A DNA stretch of 64,000 bases from Harriotta raleighana (Eukaryota). This document shows positions 48,603 through 60,277 of the stretch, one piece after another. Location: contig JBNZDD010013722.1 of the NCBI GenBank assembly GCA_050575255.1, forward strand, positions 1,251,119 to 1,315,118, in the 5' to 3' direction. Within the stretch, counting starts at the first letter, position 1; each line of letters starts with the position of its first letter. The notes beneath the pieces were generated by a model. That model was not told the origin of the DNA. It made no database searches and saw nothing but the letters and a program-made list of their open reading frames with translations. The translations under genes and the position numbers were made by a program.

Positions 48603-48714
48603 ATATATGGATTGTGAATTCCTTACATGCAATTAATCCTACTTTGATCACTTCACCATGCAAAGCATCCAAGGGTTTTGGCAGCTTTTTGGGTGGTGTG
48701 GAGTCAGCTCACTG

Positions 48715-49460
48715 AGCCAGACCCGAACCTTAGTGTCTTGTTTGACCCTCAACTATTGTTTCTACTCCACATCTGTGCCATGACCCACTTTGCCTTTTCC
48801 CACCTTGGCAACACTGCCCAGACCTGCCACTGTCTCACACTGCAAGCTGCTGAAACTCTCCAACATGCATTGCTAAAATCCAGGCTTCACTGTGCAATAT
48901 CCCTGNTTGTCAGCCTCCACAGCCTCCCTTCAAAGGGTGTTGATCATCCAAAACACTGCAGTTCATCTACTCTCCCGCAACAGGCTCTGTAACACTATCA
49001 CTTCCATTCTTGCCTAACTCCACTGGCTTCCCATCACCTAGAGGATACAGATGAAGATCCTGGTCATCACATTCAAAGCCCTCCATGGCCTTGCTCCCAC
49101 CTATCTCTACGACCTCCTAACCCCCACCAACCTGCCCACTCCCTCTGGTCAGTGGGCTCCAGTCTACTTCATCTACCACTTCGCTCACCCTACATTGGTG
49201 GCTGGACTTTAGTCACTCTGCCCTCATTCTCTGGAACTCCATCCCGCAGTCCCTCCATCTTGACCCCTCCCTTACCTTCCTTAGTTCCCATCTCAAGACC
49301 CTCCTATTCGTCCGTGCCTTTGATCATCATTCCCCACCCTTCCCCCGCCCTCCACCCTCCCTGATCCCGACACCAAGAACGGGTCCAAAACAGTGATTGT
49401 CCAGCGCTTGGTATATCATCCCGACGTGAAAGACATTCTTCAAATGTGACTTTGTTGTTG
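48715..49460 (+). mobile_element. L2 3' portion with tail
   Basis: NLSVLFDPQL...HLGNTAQ..HCLTLQAAETLQHALLKSRL; tail ccgacgtgaaagacattcttcaaatgtgactttgttgttg. Confidence 0.88.
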
Positions 49461-51314
49461 CATGCAGAGATTTGTACATTAAGGCATAATTCATAGACCG
49501 CNCGACGTGAAAGACATTCTTCAAATGTGACTTTGTTGTTGTTGCATGCAGAGATTTGTACATTAAGGCATAATTCATAGACCGCCTTAAAACGTGTATA
49601 AAGCATTCTGTATTGCTATTAATTGATTGTTACTTGTGAAAATTAGGTTTGATGTGTTTGAGAGTGATCTAATTATTTCCTTTCCCATCTCTTTTGCTCA
49701 AGCATTAGTATCTGTGAGAGCTACTAAATAAATCTACACTCTTATTGTTAACTTTCTGCTAATGAGTGTTTTGGGTGTCTACCTCAATAAGCAAAGAACA
49801 TGTCTTATAATTACTTTTGTTGTGAGCAAGCATTATATAATTTTCAAGGATACACATTTGTCAGAAGTAATATATGATGCAAAGTTTTAATGCTCTACCT
49901 TTCTATTATCTATGCCCACACAAACCTTGACTATTTACTCCATAAGAGTTTTAAAATGTTATATTAGAAAAAAGTTCAGCCGACAATAAAATAATTTGTG
50001 GTCACATGACTCATTGTTATAGTACAAATGAAGAGACTTGTTTTCAAATATATCTAGGATTCCAAGCAAAAGGAAATAGTAGATCTCTTTAAAATGAGAG
50101 TTAGTGGCAATTAGTTCAGGTTCTACCAATGCGTAGTCCAATGCAAGTTGCTTGCTCCCAACAACAAATGGAGGATCTTAGAGAACCATTGATCTACTCA
50201 GGAGATTTAAAAGTACGATTATTTAATGTTATTAAAGTGTTGATCATTTGCCTGGCTCTTTAATGTATTAATAAATAACATTCAACATCAGTATTTTGCA
50301 TTTGGGACATGCTGTGCAAGTGAAAATAGACTGTTAATTCTCCCATTGGCAACATTGCAATTAGATGTGGATTTAAGGGCTTTGCAATCTGCTTTTCTTT
50401 AATGCTGAGAGCAAAATGGATTTGCTTCCAGCAGTGTTATCACGGTGTAAGAATGAGAGATGAATTGGGACCTTAAATGTCTCTTACTTTATTATCAGAA
50501 CAAACCAATGAAGCACTGTTTTTAGCTAGATTGTTTTCCGGGATGCAATCGACAGAACGATCTTTGCTAATTGGGAGATTAAGAGCAGTGACCAGGAATT
50601 CTGTATCTAAATACGTTTTTTTAAGACATTTGAAAAGATATTGCGATATATATTTCTCACACAAGTCTTTTCAACCTCAGACCGTTATTACATTAAAGAA
50701 AACAAGATAATTTGATGAGAATTATTTTATTTCTAGTAGTCAGCAAAAATAAGATTTGAAAGTAATGGGAAACAGAAGCTAATTAGACACAATTAAAAAT
50801 GGAAATATCCAACTTTCCATATGATATACACATGTCACTGATAACTACAGTGGCTTGACTTTAATAAGCTACACATTGCACAATTGAATGGTGTTATCAC
50901 TTATTATATTGATGAAAGGTAAAAACATGCTGATTAGAGCACTGTGACATACTGCCTTCAGCAATTTTGTCATAATAATTGGCTATGGGATGCGGGTATG
51001 ATATTTCTTTCATTATTCAGGATCAAGAGCCTCCTATTCACTCTTCAAAGAATGGAAGCATTGAAGCTTCATTAATCTACAGTAACTATAATCCCAATTC
51101 AATTTGAAAATGTCAAAAAAAACTGATCTTAAGTGTGGTGAAACTGTGAAATAATTCTACCTGATCACTCAGAGCGATCTTCTGCTGGAAGACTAGAGCA
51201 CACATAAGAAATCTCTGCTGCTGACAGGTAGGAGGACGAAATGTGGGGAAGTAGGGGGCTCAGATTTTTCTCCCCACCTCAGTTTCTCTCCAACCAACTA
51301 CACATTACAACACA

Positions 51315-51568
51315 GGTCAGGATGAAGCCTTGGGCAAGTTTCCTTACTCCACACATATGCCTGATAATTATCCCTCAAAAAACAAAACAATAATACATTG
51401 GTCATTTCAATCCACGACTGTTTGTGGGACACTGCTATGCGCAATTGGTTGCCGCGTTTCGCCCTCAAATATACAGTCAGTTCACTTTACAGTCTATTCT
51501 GTGAAGAGCTTTGAGAAGTCTAGAAGACGTGAAAAATGCTATATCAAATGCAAGGATTATTATCATTT
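51315..51568 (+). mobile_element. SINE (5'-truncated), low divergence
   Basis: ccttgggcaagtttccttactccac...ttggtcatttcaatccacgactgtttgtgggacactgctatgcgcaattgg...tatatcaaatgcaaggattattat. Confidence 0.9.
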
Positions 51569-51799
51569 TTAATCACTGACATTCTTGCTCATGATATGGC
51601 ATGAAATAAAAGATTACACAGGTTACTTGCAGTTGAACAGTGTAAATATTTTTTTTTCCATTCAAAGAAAACTTGTCCAAAGCAACTATTAAATTGGACA
51701 AGTTTTGTATGGAAGTTGAGATCCAAGCTTAGCCAGTGGGAAAACTCTATAAGGAACCACTACAATTGCTGCTCCTTTGATACCAACAACACCATGCCA

Positions 51800-52353
51800 T
51801 ATATTTGTTCGCAAAAAAATTGTATAATTGCCCACAAAACTGTCACTCCACTTTGCAGTATATCTTGTGAAGCACTTTGAAACCGCCTCCCCCTGTTGTG
51901 AAAGAACGCCGTACTAAATGCAAGGATTATTAATAATTATTTATAATAATCCTTATAATAATTGTTACATTTGATAAAGCACCTTTTATGTCTTCTAAAC
52001 GTCTCAAGGTGCTTCACAGAATATATTGTGAAGTGACTTGACTGAAAGGCACTATATTAGTGTAATTTTTGTTGTTGTTGCTGTATGCTTTGTGGGCAAA
52101 AAGTGGCAGCCAATTGCACACAACAGTATCTCACAATGAATTGAGTGACCTAACTATTATTTTAACTTATATTTTGAAGAGAATATTACTCTGGAAAATT
52201 GATCCGCAGTCAACTAACAACCAGTTTCCTACTTACTACAGGTATTAGGTAACCTGATGCACATGGAGTAAACAAACTAGCCCAATATTTTGCTCTGTCG
52301 AGAATCCTCTAATTTGTAAGGCAAGTGCTCTAACCACGAAACTACAGAACTCC
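51800..52353. mobile_element. Two SINEs tail-to-tail (+ fragment about 51800-51940; - near-full copy about 51955-52353)
   Basis: ...aaatgcaaggattatt then acatttgataaagcacc...; minus-strand head gtgctctaaccacgaaactacagaactcc ends at about 52353. Confidence 0.8.
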
Positions 52354-52999
52354 ACAATTTATTTATTGATAAATGGAAATTAATATGCCTTTGCTGCCAG
52401 TATTGATTAATTTATCATAAATAAGCATCCCTCTTTTCAAGATGTTTTGATTGTGGAAGAAGATTTTAGCATCCATTCCACTCATGCCTTAGGTATTATA
52501 TGCGTCTCAGTATGATTGGGCATTAACAATGTGCATTTAAAATTGGAAATGTCATTCTCCAGTCATATCATCCTAGAGCCCTAACTGTGAGGGCATAGAA
52601 GATCATCATCTAATACCATAAGGAGCTACATTATCAAATCCCTATTCATTTCCCAGAGATCCCTTCCTACTTTTTCCTGGCAGCGTTTCTACAATCTGTT
52701 TTATCTTATTTATTCCAATTTTAAATGATATTTTCATCTATTTTGGACTATTTTTTCTTGGGTCCGTGCTTAATTTATACATTCGACATTACTCTCTTAA
52801 TTCTTACACTTTTGGAAAATATACACAGATTCCTGCCTTTGGTATCTGACCAGTTTTTGGACATTCCTGGTACTGAGGGATACACAAATATTGTAATATT
52901 ACAGAACAAGATACAACATTTCTACTATTGTGATTATTATTGTGTTATTTCTTTAATTTACTGGGTAGTTAACCATAATCCAATAAATTAACAAAATAG

Positions 53000-53270
53000 C
53001 ACAATAATAATCCTTGCATTTGATAAAGGTCATTTTAATGTCAAATTGCCTCAAAGCACTTTACAGAGATTTTCTGTTCTCTAAAGTGTAGTGATTGCGA
53101 TTTGTAATGAAATGCATAAACCAATTTGCATACAACAAATAACCATGAAATGAATGATCAATTTTATTTAGGTGATTGTTGACCAGGACACGAGGAGAAT
53201 ACACCCTTCTCTTTTTGAATTGTGCCCTGAGATCTTTTAGTATCCACCTGAACAGGCAGACAGGATCTCT
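53000..53270 (-). mobile_element. Ancient Deu-domain SINE fragment
   Basis: tgaccaggacacgaggagaat...tctttttgaattgtgccctgagatcttttagtatccacctgaacaggcagacagg, reverse complement of the Deu core. Confidence 0.72.
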
Positions 53271-53299
53271 AAAATTAGTGCAAAGGAAAGCAAAACAAT

Positions 53300-53555
53300 G
53301 ATTCCCAATCTATGAACTATGAGCAGCAATTAGAAAAGTTAGGCCTCTTCAGTCTTAAAAAGAGATGCCTCAAAGGAGACTTTGTGATATACATAAGATT
53401 TTAAATGAGATCATGAAAGTAAAGCTGAACAAAAAGACTATTTCATGACCTGCACTAGAAAATATATCTTTACCCAGAGTAATTAACAACTGGAAAGGTT
53501 CCCAGGAAAAAAAGTTGAAGCGGGATACTAGGCTCATTTTAAAACACAGCTTTAT
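53300..53555 (+). mobile_element. Old CR1 3' fragment
   Basis: aactatgagcagcaattagaaaagttaggcctcttcagtcttaaaaagagatgcctcaaaggagac (NYEQQLEKLGLFSLKKRCLKGD). Confidence 0.75.
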
Positions 53556-54799
53556 TTCTTGTTATATTGTTATTTTTCTGCTAGAATGTAACAACAACAA
53601 CAAAATTACATTTGTATAAATCAAGGAGAAGCAAAATTAAACTAAATAAAGTACCCTTATTCCAATGTAGTGCCCTCATCAATGATGGGGTGAACTTTAC
53701 AAGGTAAGCTTGTGAGATGCCACTTTGATATTCTCGAGCTGCAAGTCCAATGGCTTACTTACTACTAGAAGGGAAAATACTTCATTGTGAATCCAGCTTA
53801 GGGTTGCAAAAAGTGCATCTCATTCATAAAATAGGAACTGAAGCTGCTTTACTACAGTATGATGTATTCAAAAATGAATTTCTAAGTAGTGCATAAAATA
53901 ACCTGCAGGCTAGGTTGATAGACGGAACCATGAAATTGTGAATGGATTCCAAAATATTGCTATAAATTATTACAACAAAATGTGACCAGAACATCTATTA
54001 CGTTAGGATATCCAATGCACAGCATTTAATCCCGTTATCTGCAGACATGCCTTCAGATATACAAAATCTTGGACATTAAAGTTAACTCCAATTTATAAGT
54101 GTGTTTCTTTACTTACCCTTTGTTAACTTTCTGGTCAGTTGATGGCACAAATTTATTTCTATAATGTTACCTGAGAGAAGAATTGGTTTTGGAATGTGTA
54201 AGCAACATGACAGTGTTGGATAACACTCAGTGGAGCTTTCTTCAGGAGAAGGGTCTTATTCCCAATGTTATTTTAAAGGAAATCTGTCAACTTTCAATTC
54301 AGGGGTAAAAAATAGTGCACATTTATGAAGTCAATTTATCTGTCATTCCAGATAATGATTCCCAGACACTTTCTGAATTAGGAATACAGTGAAATATGAT
54401 AAAATAATGCACATTGCAGTAGATCACTGGTTGATTATATGGGTAAATTTATTATAATAATAGTTTTGTAGTGCAGGATGCTGAGTTACAGATATTGGTA
54501 ATGAAAGTAGCTAAAGGCATATCCCCAGAGTGAATTGTGGGCAAGCAGCAGGTCAGTGATAGTGGAGTGAGTTTTCAGAAGAATGGGACCTTAGGGTTTG
54601 CAAAGGGCTCATATCGGAGGTGCTATTTCTATCCAATTATGTGACCTGTTAATTGACCCAAATACATTAAATTTGTCTCCAACAACAGGCAGTTTTATAC
54701 CACTAACTGCAAACCTGTTAAATTAGAGCTCATTCACAATGTCATCTATATATTACGCTATTTACTTTGCTCTAATATACCCACATTGGTAAATATTAT

Positions 54800-55108
54800 T
54801 AATAATAATAATCCTTGCATTTGATATAGCGCTTTCCATGTCTTCTGGACATCTCAAAGCGCTTCACAGAATATATTGTAAAGTGAATTGTCTGTAAATA
54901 CGTGGGTGAAACATGACAACCAATTGCGCACAGGAGCTTAACACCAACAGTCGTGGATTGAAAATGACTAATTTATTATGTTTTTTTTAAGGATTATTAT
55001 CAGGCATGTGGAGTAAGAAAACTTGCCCAAGGTTTTGCCCTGCATGATATCAAACCTAGGTCACTTGATTGTAAGGCGAGTGCTCTAACCACTGAGTTAC
55101 AGGACTCC
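54800..55108 (-). mobile_element. tRNA/L2-tail SINE, full length
   Basis: Minus-strand head GGAGTCCTGTAACTCAGTGGTTAGAGCACTCGCCTTACAA; tail aataataataatccttgcatttgatatagcgc. Confidence 0.92.
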
Positions 55109-55442
55109 ACGTACACACCTTGGTGAACAGCAGTTAAAGATTGTTTTCTTGAGTTTGAGTAAATATTGAACTGAATACTGAAGCAAAGTTTGAAAATACT
55201 CAGACGACAAATGGTAGTATCCTTATTATGGAATATAAAAGTGGAGGAATTTCAGGGATAACCATAACAGCTCTTTGTTTATTTCCACCTGATGTTTCGC
55301 TCCCTGCAAATTTGGCTTAAAGATCATACCAGGTGTAATATAGCAATACTGAATCATGCCATTTTTCACCCCCAAAATAATAAATAACTAAATCTGATCA
55401 ATTTACTGACTTGCACTTTTATTGAACTCCTTTAATAAAAAG

Positions 55443-55511
55443 GAGACACATGCCTGACATTCCATATCCCAGATAAGAAATCAGGGATATGGAATGTCAG
55501 GCATGTGTCTC
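55443..55511. repeat. Perfect 28-bp-stem hairpin with a 13-nt loop
   Basis: gagacacatgcctgacattccatatccc (55443-55470) / gggatatggaatgtcaggcatgtgtctc (55484-55511). Confidence 0.95.
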
Positions 55512-56429
55512 GATACATTATTCTGGAATTAGAAGGTGGATAATTAATCTGGGAAAAATGTGTTGAAATTTCAATTCGTAGAGTTTAAGAGAGTATGTAG
55601 AGTATGTCTGCTATTCAATTTGTCCTGCTTCAGAAGTTATAAGTAGAATGTATAAATTGCGGCATATAGACTCTCTCAATAAGGTTATCTTATCCAACAA
55701 ACCACAGTAAATAATAACCTTTAAATGTCCTTCTGTAAATGTACAAAACATCTGCACGAGTGGACTTCACCTCTACATTGTGAACTCTGTTATACCTATA
55801 CTAGAGATTAAACATTAAACAAGGTATTTCTATCAAAACCAGCCACATGTGTCACACTACAGTATCCTGAGACTCAAAATTCCACCTACTGTAACCCTGT
55901 AAGACCACTAGGGAAAAATTACCCAAGCTTTACTTTATTTACGTAACAAGTGAATTGATGGTGAAGATGCTCACTGTTAGTCATGCTCAGATAAAATGCT
56001 GTATCAAATGCAGTATTATTGTTATCATTATTGTCCATTATACCACAGTTTTGTATTCCAGGAGAGAGTACACTGGAACATGGAGCCAGTTACTAGTTTT
56101 TGCATTTAAGTAAATGGTCAAACAATTCGGCACATCTTAAAGAATCAGTCATTTACGAAATTTACACAGTGATGAAAAAAAATTGTTATTAATAATAATA
56201 TTAGCACATCTTTAATGTCTCTAAGAGCTTCACAGAAATTTGACACTAAAGTGTAATGATTGTGTACTTATATGTAGAATGTGGCAGCCTAACCTGTGCA
56301 CAGCAATGTCCTATAAACAGAAAGACGCTATACTCTATAAATTGTTATTGTTGTTGATGATACTGCAATACAGTGGAGGGAACCACTGCTTTTATATTAT
56401 GGTTGTTTTTCTTAAATCCGCATCTTTCC

Positions 56430-56745
56430 TTTCTAAGATGTCTCAAACGCTTCGCAGAGTATATAAAGTGAACTGACTGTATATTTTGTGGGTGAAATGC
56501 AGCAACCAGTTGCACACAGAGATGTCACACAAGCAGCCTTGTATTGAGTGACCAAATTATTTGAATTTATTTTGAACGAATTATTAACCCCCGAAAAGCG
56601 ATCTGAGAATTGATGAACAACTGGATTCCTATTTACAGCTAGGTAAATACAGACGTATGGAGTGAGGAAACTTGCCCCAAATTTTGTCCTGCCGGGAATC
56701 AATCTAGGTCCTCTCGTTTATGAGGCAAGTGCTGAAACAACAGGA
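56430..56745 (-). mobile_element. SINE (long variant)
   Basis: gatgtctcaaacgcttcgcagagtatat...ggagtgaggaaacttgccccaa...gcaagtgct. Confidence 0.85.
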
Positions 56746-57197
56746 ATTGTTATCTCTCCTTCCCTGTCTCAAATTTGTTGTGTTTTGTTTGCAAGCCCTA
56801 GAGTTTTAACTGCTGGGAATTGTAATTTAGATTGTATCAGAAATGAAAGAGAGAGGCAGCAGTCAGTATTTGGAGTGGGGCAGCAGCTCTGTTTCTTTTT
56901 ACTATATACAATACACAAGAAATATTTTCCTCCCTAATACTGTACTTCAATAAATTAGTCTTAAATAAATGAGGGTTATATGAAGTTCAAGTGGCAAATT
57001 AATGCATTTTTAATAATTTCTTACATTGGCATTCATACAATCATTTATCTCTTATGCTTTTGACATTTTATTGATGCTTCATTTAAGATGAGTTTGAAGT
57101 ATATTAAAATCCATTACTCTAATTATCTTTCATCTGCTATCAAATGAAGGAAATTTTATGCTACATTATTTTTAAGCTTGTTTTTAAATTATTAAAG

Positions 57198-57262
57198 CAT
57201 GCATACATACATACATTCATACATTCATACATGCATACAAACATACATACATACATATATAC
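57198..57262 (+). repeat. (CATA)n imperfect microsatellite
   Basis: catgcatacatacatacattcatacattcatacatgcatacaaacatacatacatac. Confidence 0.9.
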
Positions 57263-57264
57263 AA

Positions 57265-57722
57265 ACAAATAATTTGGTCACGCAATCCAAGACTGCTTTT
57301 AGGGGATCTCTGTCACATTTCACCCACAAAATATACAGTCAAATCCCTGTGCAGTATATTCTGTGAAGCACTTTTAAATATCTTGAAGACATGCTAAGTC
57401 ACTATATCAAATGCAAGGATTATTATTGTTATAACAAGCTAGTTCCACTGTCTCTTGTGGTATAAAATAGATTAATCTGGAATTTATGGTTCAAGACGAA
57501 GATGTAAAATTAGGCGATATACAGCTGGAAACTGTATATTGTAGGAAATTATTTTTAAAGGTATCATTAGCCCTGGAAAAACAATCTACCAATCGACTAA
57601 CAACAGGGTTCCTACTTATTGCTAGGTGAATGGAGAAAGGAAACTTGCCTAATTTTGGAATCAAACTCAGGTCGTCATGCTTGTGATGTAAGTGCTCTAG
57701 CTACTAAGATACAGAATTCCAC
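57265..57722. mobile_element. SINE fragments (+ about 57265-57432; - head about 57550-57722)
   Basis: ctatatcaaatgcaaggatt tail; aaggaaacttgcctaa...gtgctctagctactaagatacagaattcc head on the minus strand. Confidence 0.7.
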
Positions 57723-58920
57723 AAAAGCCTGGCATATGTCTTTTGTTCATCAGAAAGGCTGGCCCAGAGCAGCATATTTACTTATTTTATGCTGTGATAA
57801 TTTGTAAATTACAATTTCTGGATGATATTAATTTTATAATAAATTTTCAAATATCCATCGTTTTACTTTACAAACATTTCTGAAGATTTCTGGAAACCAT
57901 AACTATTTTGGTGCATAGGTGTTGAAGAAATGTTGCATTATCAAGAGGTTATCATTTTTCTTTCATTAAACCGAGCTGTATCTGCCTGTTCGACTAGATT
58001 TTTCAGATGCCATGACATTGTTCGAAAAGAAAGAGAAAGGAGTTTCTCTCGGTGGTCTGGCCAGCAATCCCCAGATACAAATGGTCATTTACTTCATGAC
58101 TTTGTGGCATTGCCTGACTTCCAATTGACTACTATATTTGCTGACAAAATACAGAGCCACTATCCTTTACAGTAATTCTTGTGAATCCTTTAAGTCATTC
58201 TAGGAACATGAAAGAAGCTACATCAAATGTAAGGATTATTATTTATTATTATGATGATCTGCTCTTCAACATAACTACCCAGTTGTGCAGAGTGGGTATA
58301 GTAATGAAATGTATGTGCAACACAGGATGCCTTTTAATTAAAAGAAAAGCACTTCTAGCATGTAAACCAAACACAATTTCATTAAAGCCAAGCCAGTTTT
58401 CTAAAGGTAAGATGCAAGACATTTTGTCAAATGTGCAGGGGAGAAATTCCACCTGGATGTAAATTTATTTTATTTGCATAACATTTCATTTGCCTAATTG
58501 ATGAGCTGGTTTCTGAATTCAGCCTTGTTTTTTAAGTTGAATTTCTATCAGATTCTTTTAAGAACTAAGAAATTCAGCTTCAAAGACGAGATTGAATTTA
58601 ACAATTTGGGAAATTTTAGCCACTCCAAAATGCTACAGAAATAGAGTGAGTCAAGATCGAAGTAGACATTTATTCCTATTGAATTTAATAGTCTGCTTTA
58701 AGGTGGTCTTTACTGAAGTAATTTTACTACAAAAGCAGAATTTTGCCCACAAATATATAGTTAATTCACCTTACAGTATATTCTGTGAAGCGCTTTGAGA
58801 TGTCTGGAAGATGTGAAAAGTGCCATATCAAATGCAAGGATTATTATTTATAGTATTATAATTGTTGCCAGTCAATAGACATTGACGCTGAAATATTGCA
58901 AGAAGGGGAAGCACCATATG

Positions 58921-59513
58921 CAACAAAAGCCCATTTATTCGTGACCCAATGAACCAGAAGACCCATATAACCGTCACATCAAAAAAAGTCCAGATTCGAT
59001 AAACCAGAAGTTATCTGGCATAATAGCGATGGTACATTTAATGAATCGATTGTCGCACGTGAGTACTGTGCAGGTATGTCATCTTGCTACTAGGACAGCC
59101 TACAAAAAGCTCCCATTTTTTTTCCTCCGTGGGGGCCCGCCATTACAGAAGTTATATATGAAAAATAAAGTAACAATATAATATTCTGTTATTATAGTAT
59201 CTGTTATTATTGTATTTAGTCTATTATTTATATGGTACAGAGTACAATATTTACAATAAATTATCAATACAACATTCTGTTATTACAGTATCTATTATTA
59301 CTGTATGTAGTCTATTATTTATATATTACAGTGTACAACATTTACAATAAAATACCCATACAATATTCTGTTATTATTTAGTATATTATTAATATGATAT
59401 TGTGTTAATATAATTTTTATTTAAAAAAAATTAATTAAAAAAAGTTCAGCCGGAAAGCCATTTAACCGGCACTGGCCAGGTCCCGTGGGTGACGAATAAA
59501 CAGGCTTTTACTG
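58921..59513. mobile_element. Tigger/pogo-type MITE (family A) with an internal tandem duplication
   Basis: caacaaaagcccatttattcgtgaccca ... tgggtgacgaataaacaggcttttactg|TA; the AT-rich unit attctgttatta...tagtctattatttatat...tttacaataaa occurs twice, about 90 bp apart. Confidence 0.85.
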
Positions 59514-60043
59514 TATATGGATCAAAAAAGCCTTCATTGAGATCCAGTTATGAGGCTCCATTTACAGTGAAACATTCTAATGCAACCTATCATCATGCTT
59601 AAGAGTATCCAAACTGACCTGAGTATTGCATGAATCCACCTGCACATAGGGATTCAAGAATGGAGAGATGCATTCTGGAAAGTATTTGGCACCAGTTGAC
59701 AAGAGCCAAGGCTTGAGGAATTGCACTGAGGTACAGCTGAAATCTAACCAACTGAAACCGCAGAGCTTGTCTCAATAGCGGTATATGGCAAGTTTTCCTG
59801 ACATTTGTCTATATAGGACCACTATGTATTAGCCCCCCAGTGACTGTTCTGCCCATCCATGTCCTGCCAATCAGTCAGGTTGTCTGTGCTGTCACCAGCA
59901 GTGAGCCACAGTGGGCTGGCTCAATTCTGATATTCCGTTGCCAGACATGACATCTTGGAACCAGTTCAACTCAAAGGAGACGCCAATCAACTCCTCTCCC
60001 TCCCCCCAAAAAAGATGGTCGTTTGTTGGTTGTTCAACATTCA

Positions 60044-60186
60044 ACAATATTTACAATAAATTATCAATACAACATTCTGTTATTACAGTATCTATTATTA
60101 CTGTATTTAGTCTATTATTTATATAGTACAGTGTACAACATTTACAATAAAATACCCATACAATATTCTGTTATTATTTAGTATAT
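60044..60186 (+). repeat. 143-bp near-identical copy of MITE interior 59244-59386
   Basis: Offset exactly 800 bp; two mismatches seen. Confidence 0.9.
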
Positions 60187-60202
60187 GAGCTTCCTGATTG
60201 AG

Positions 60203-60277
60203 TCATGATTGAATGGCAGGGCAGACTCGAAGGGCCGAATGGCCTACTACTGCTCCTACTTCTTATGTTCTATGTTC
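60203..60277 (+). mobile_element. CR1 3' tail
   Basis: catgattgaatggcagggcagactcgaagggccgaatggcctactactgctcctacttcttatgttctatgtt. Confidence 0.85.

Noticed and set aside
49421-49585. Apparent 80-bp tandem duplication at an L2 tail
   Set aside because: Centred on N49502 and the copies differ by one (ttg) unit, consistent with unmerged alleles.
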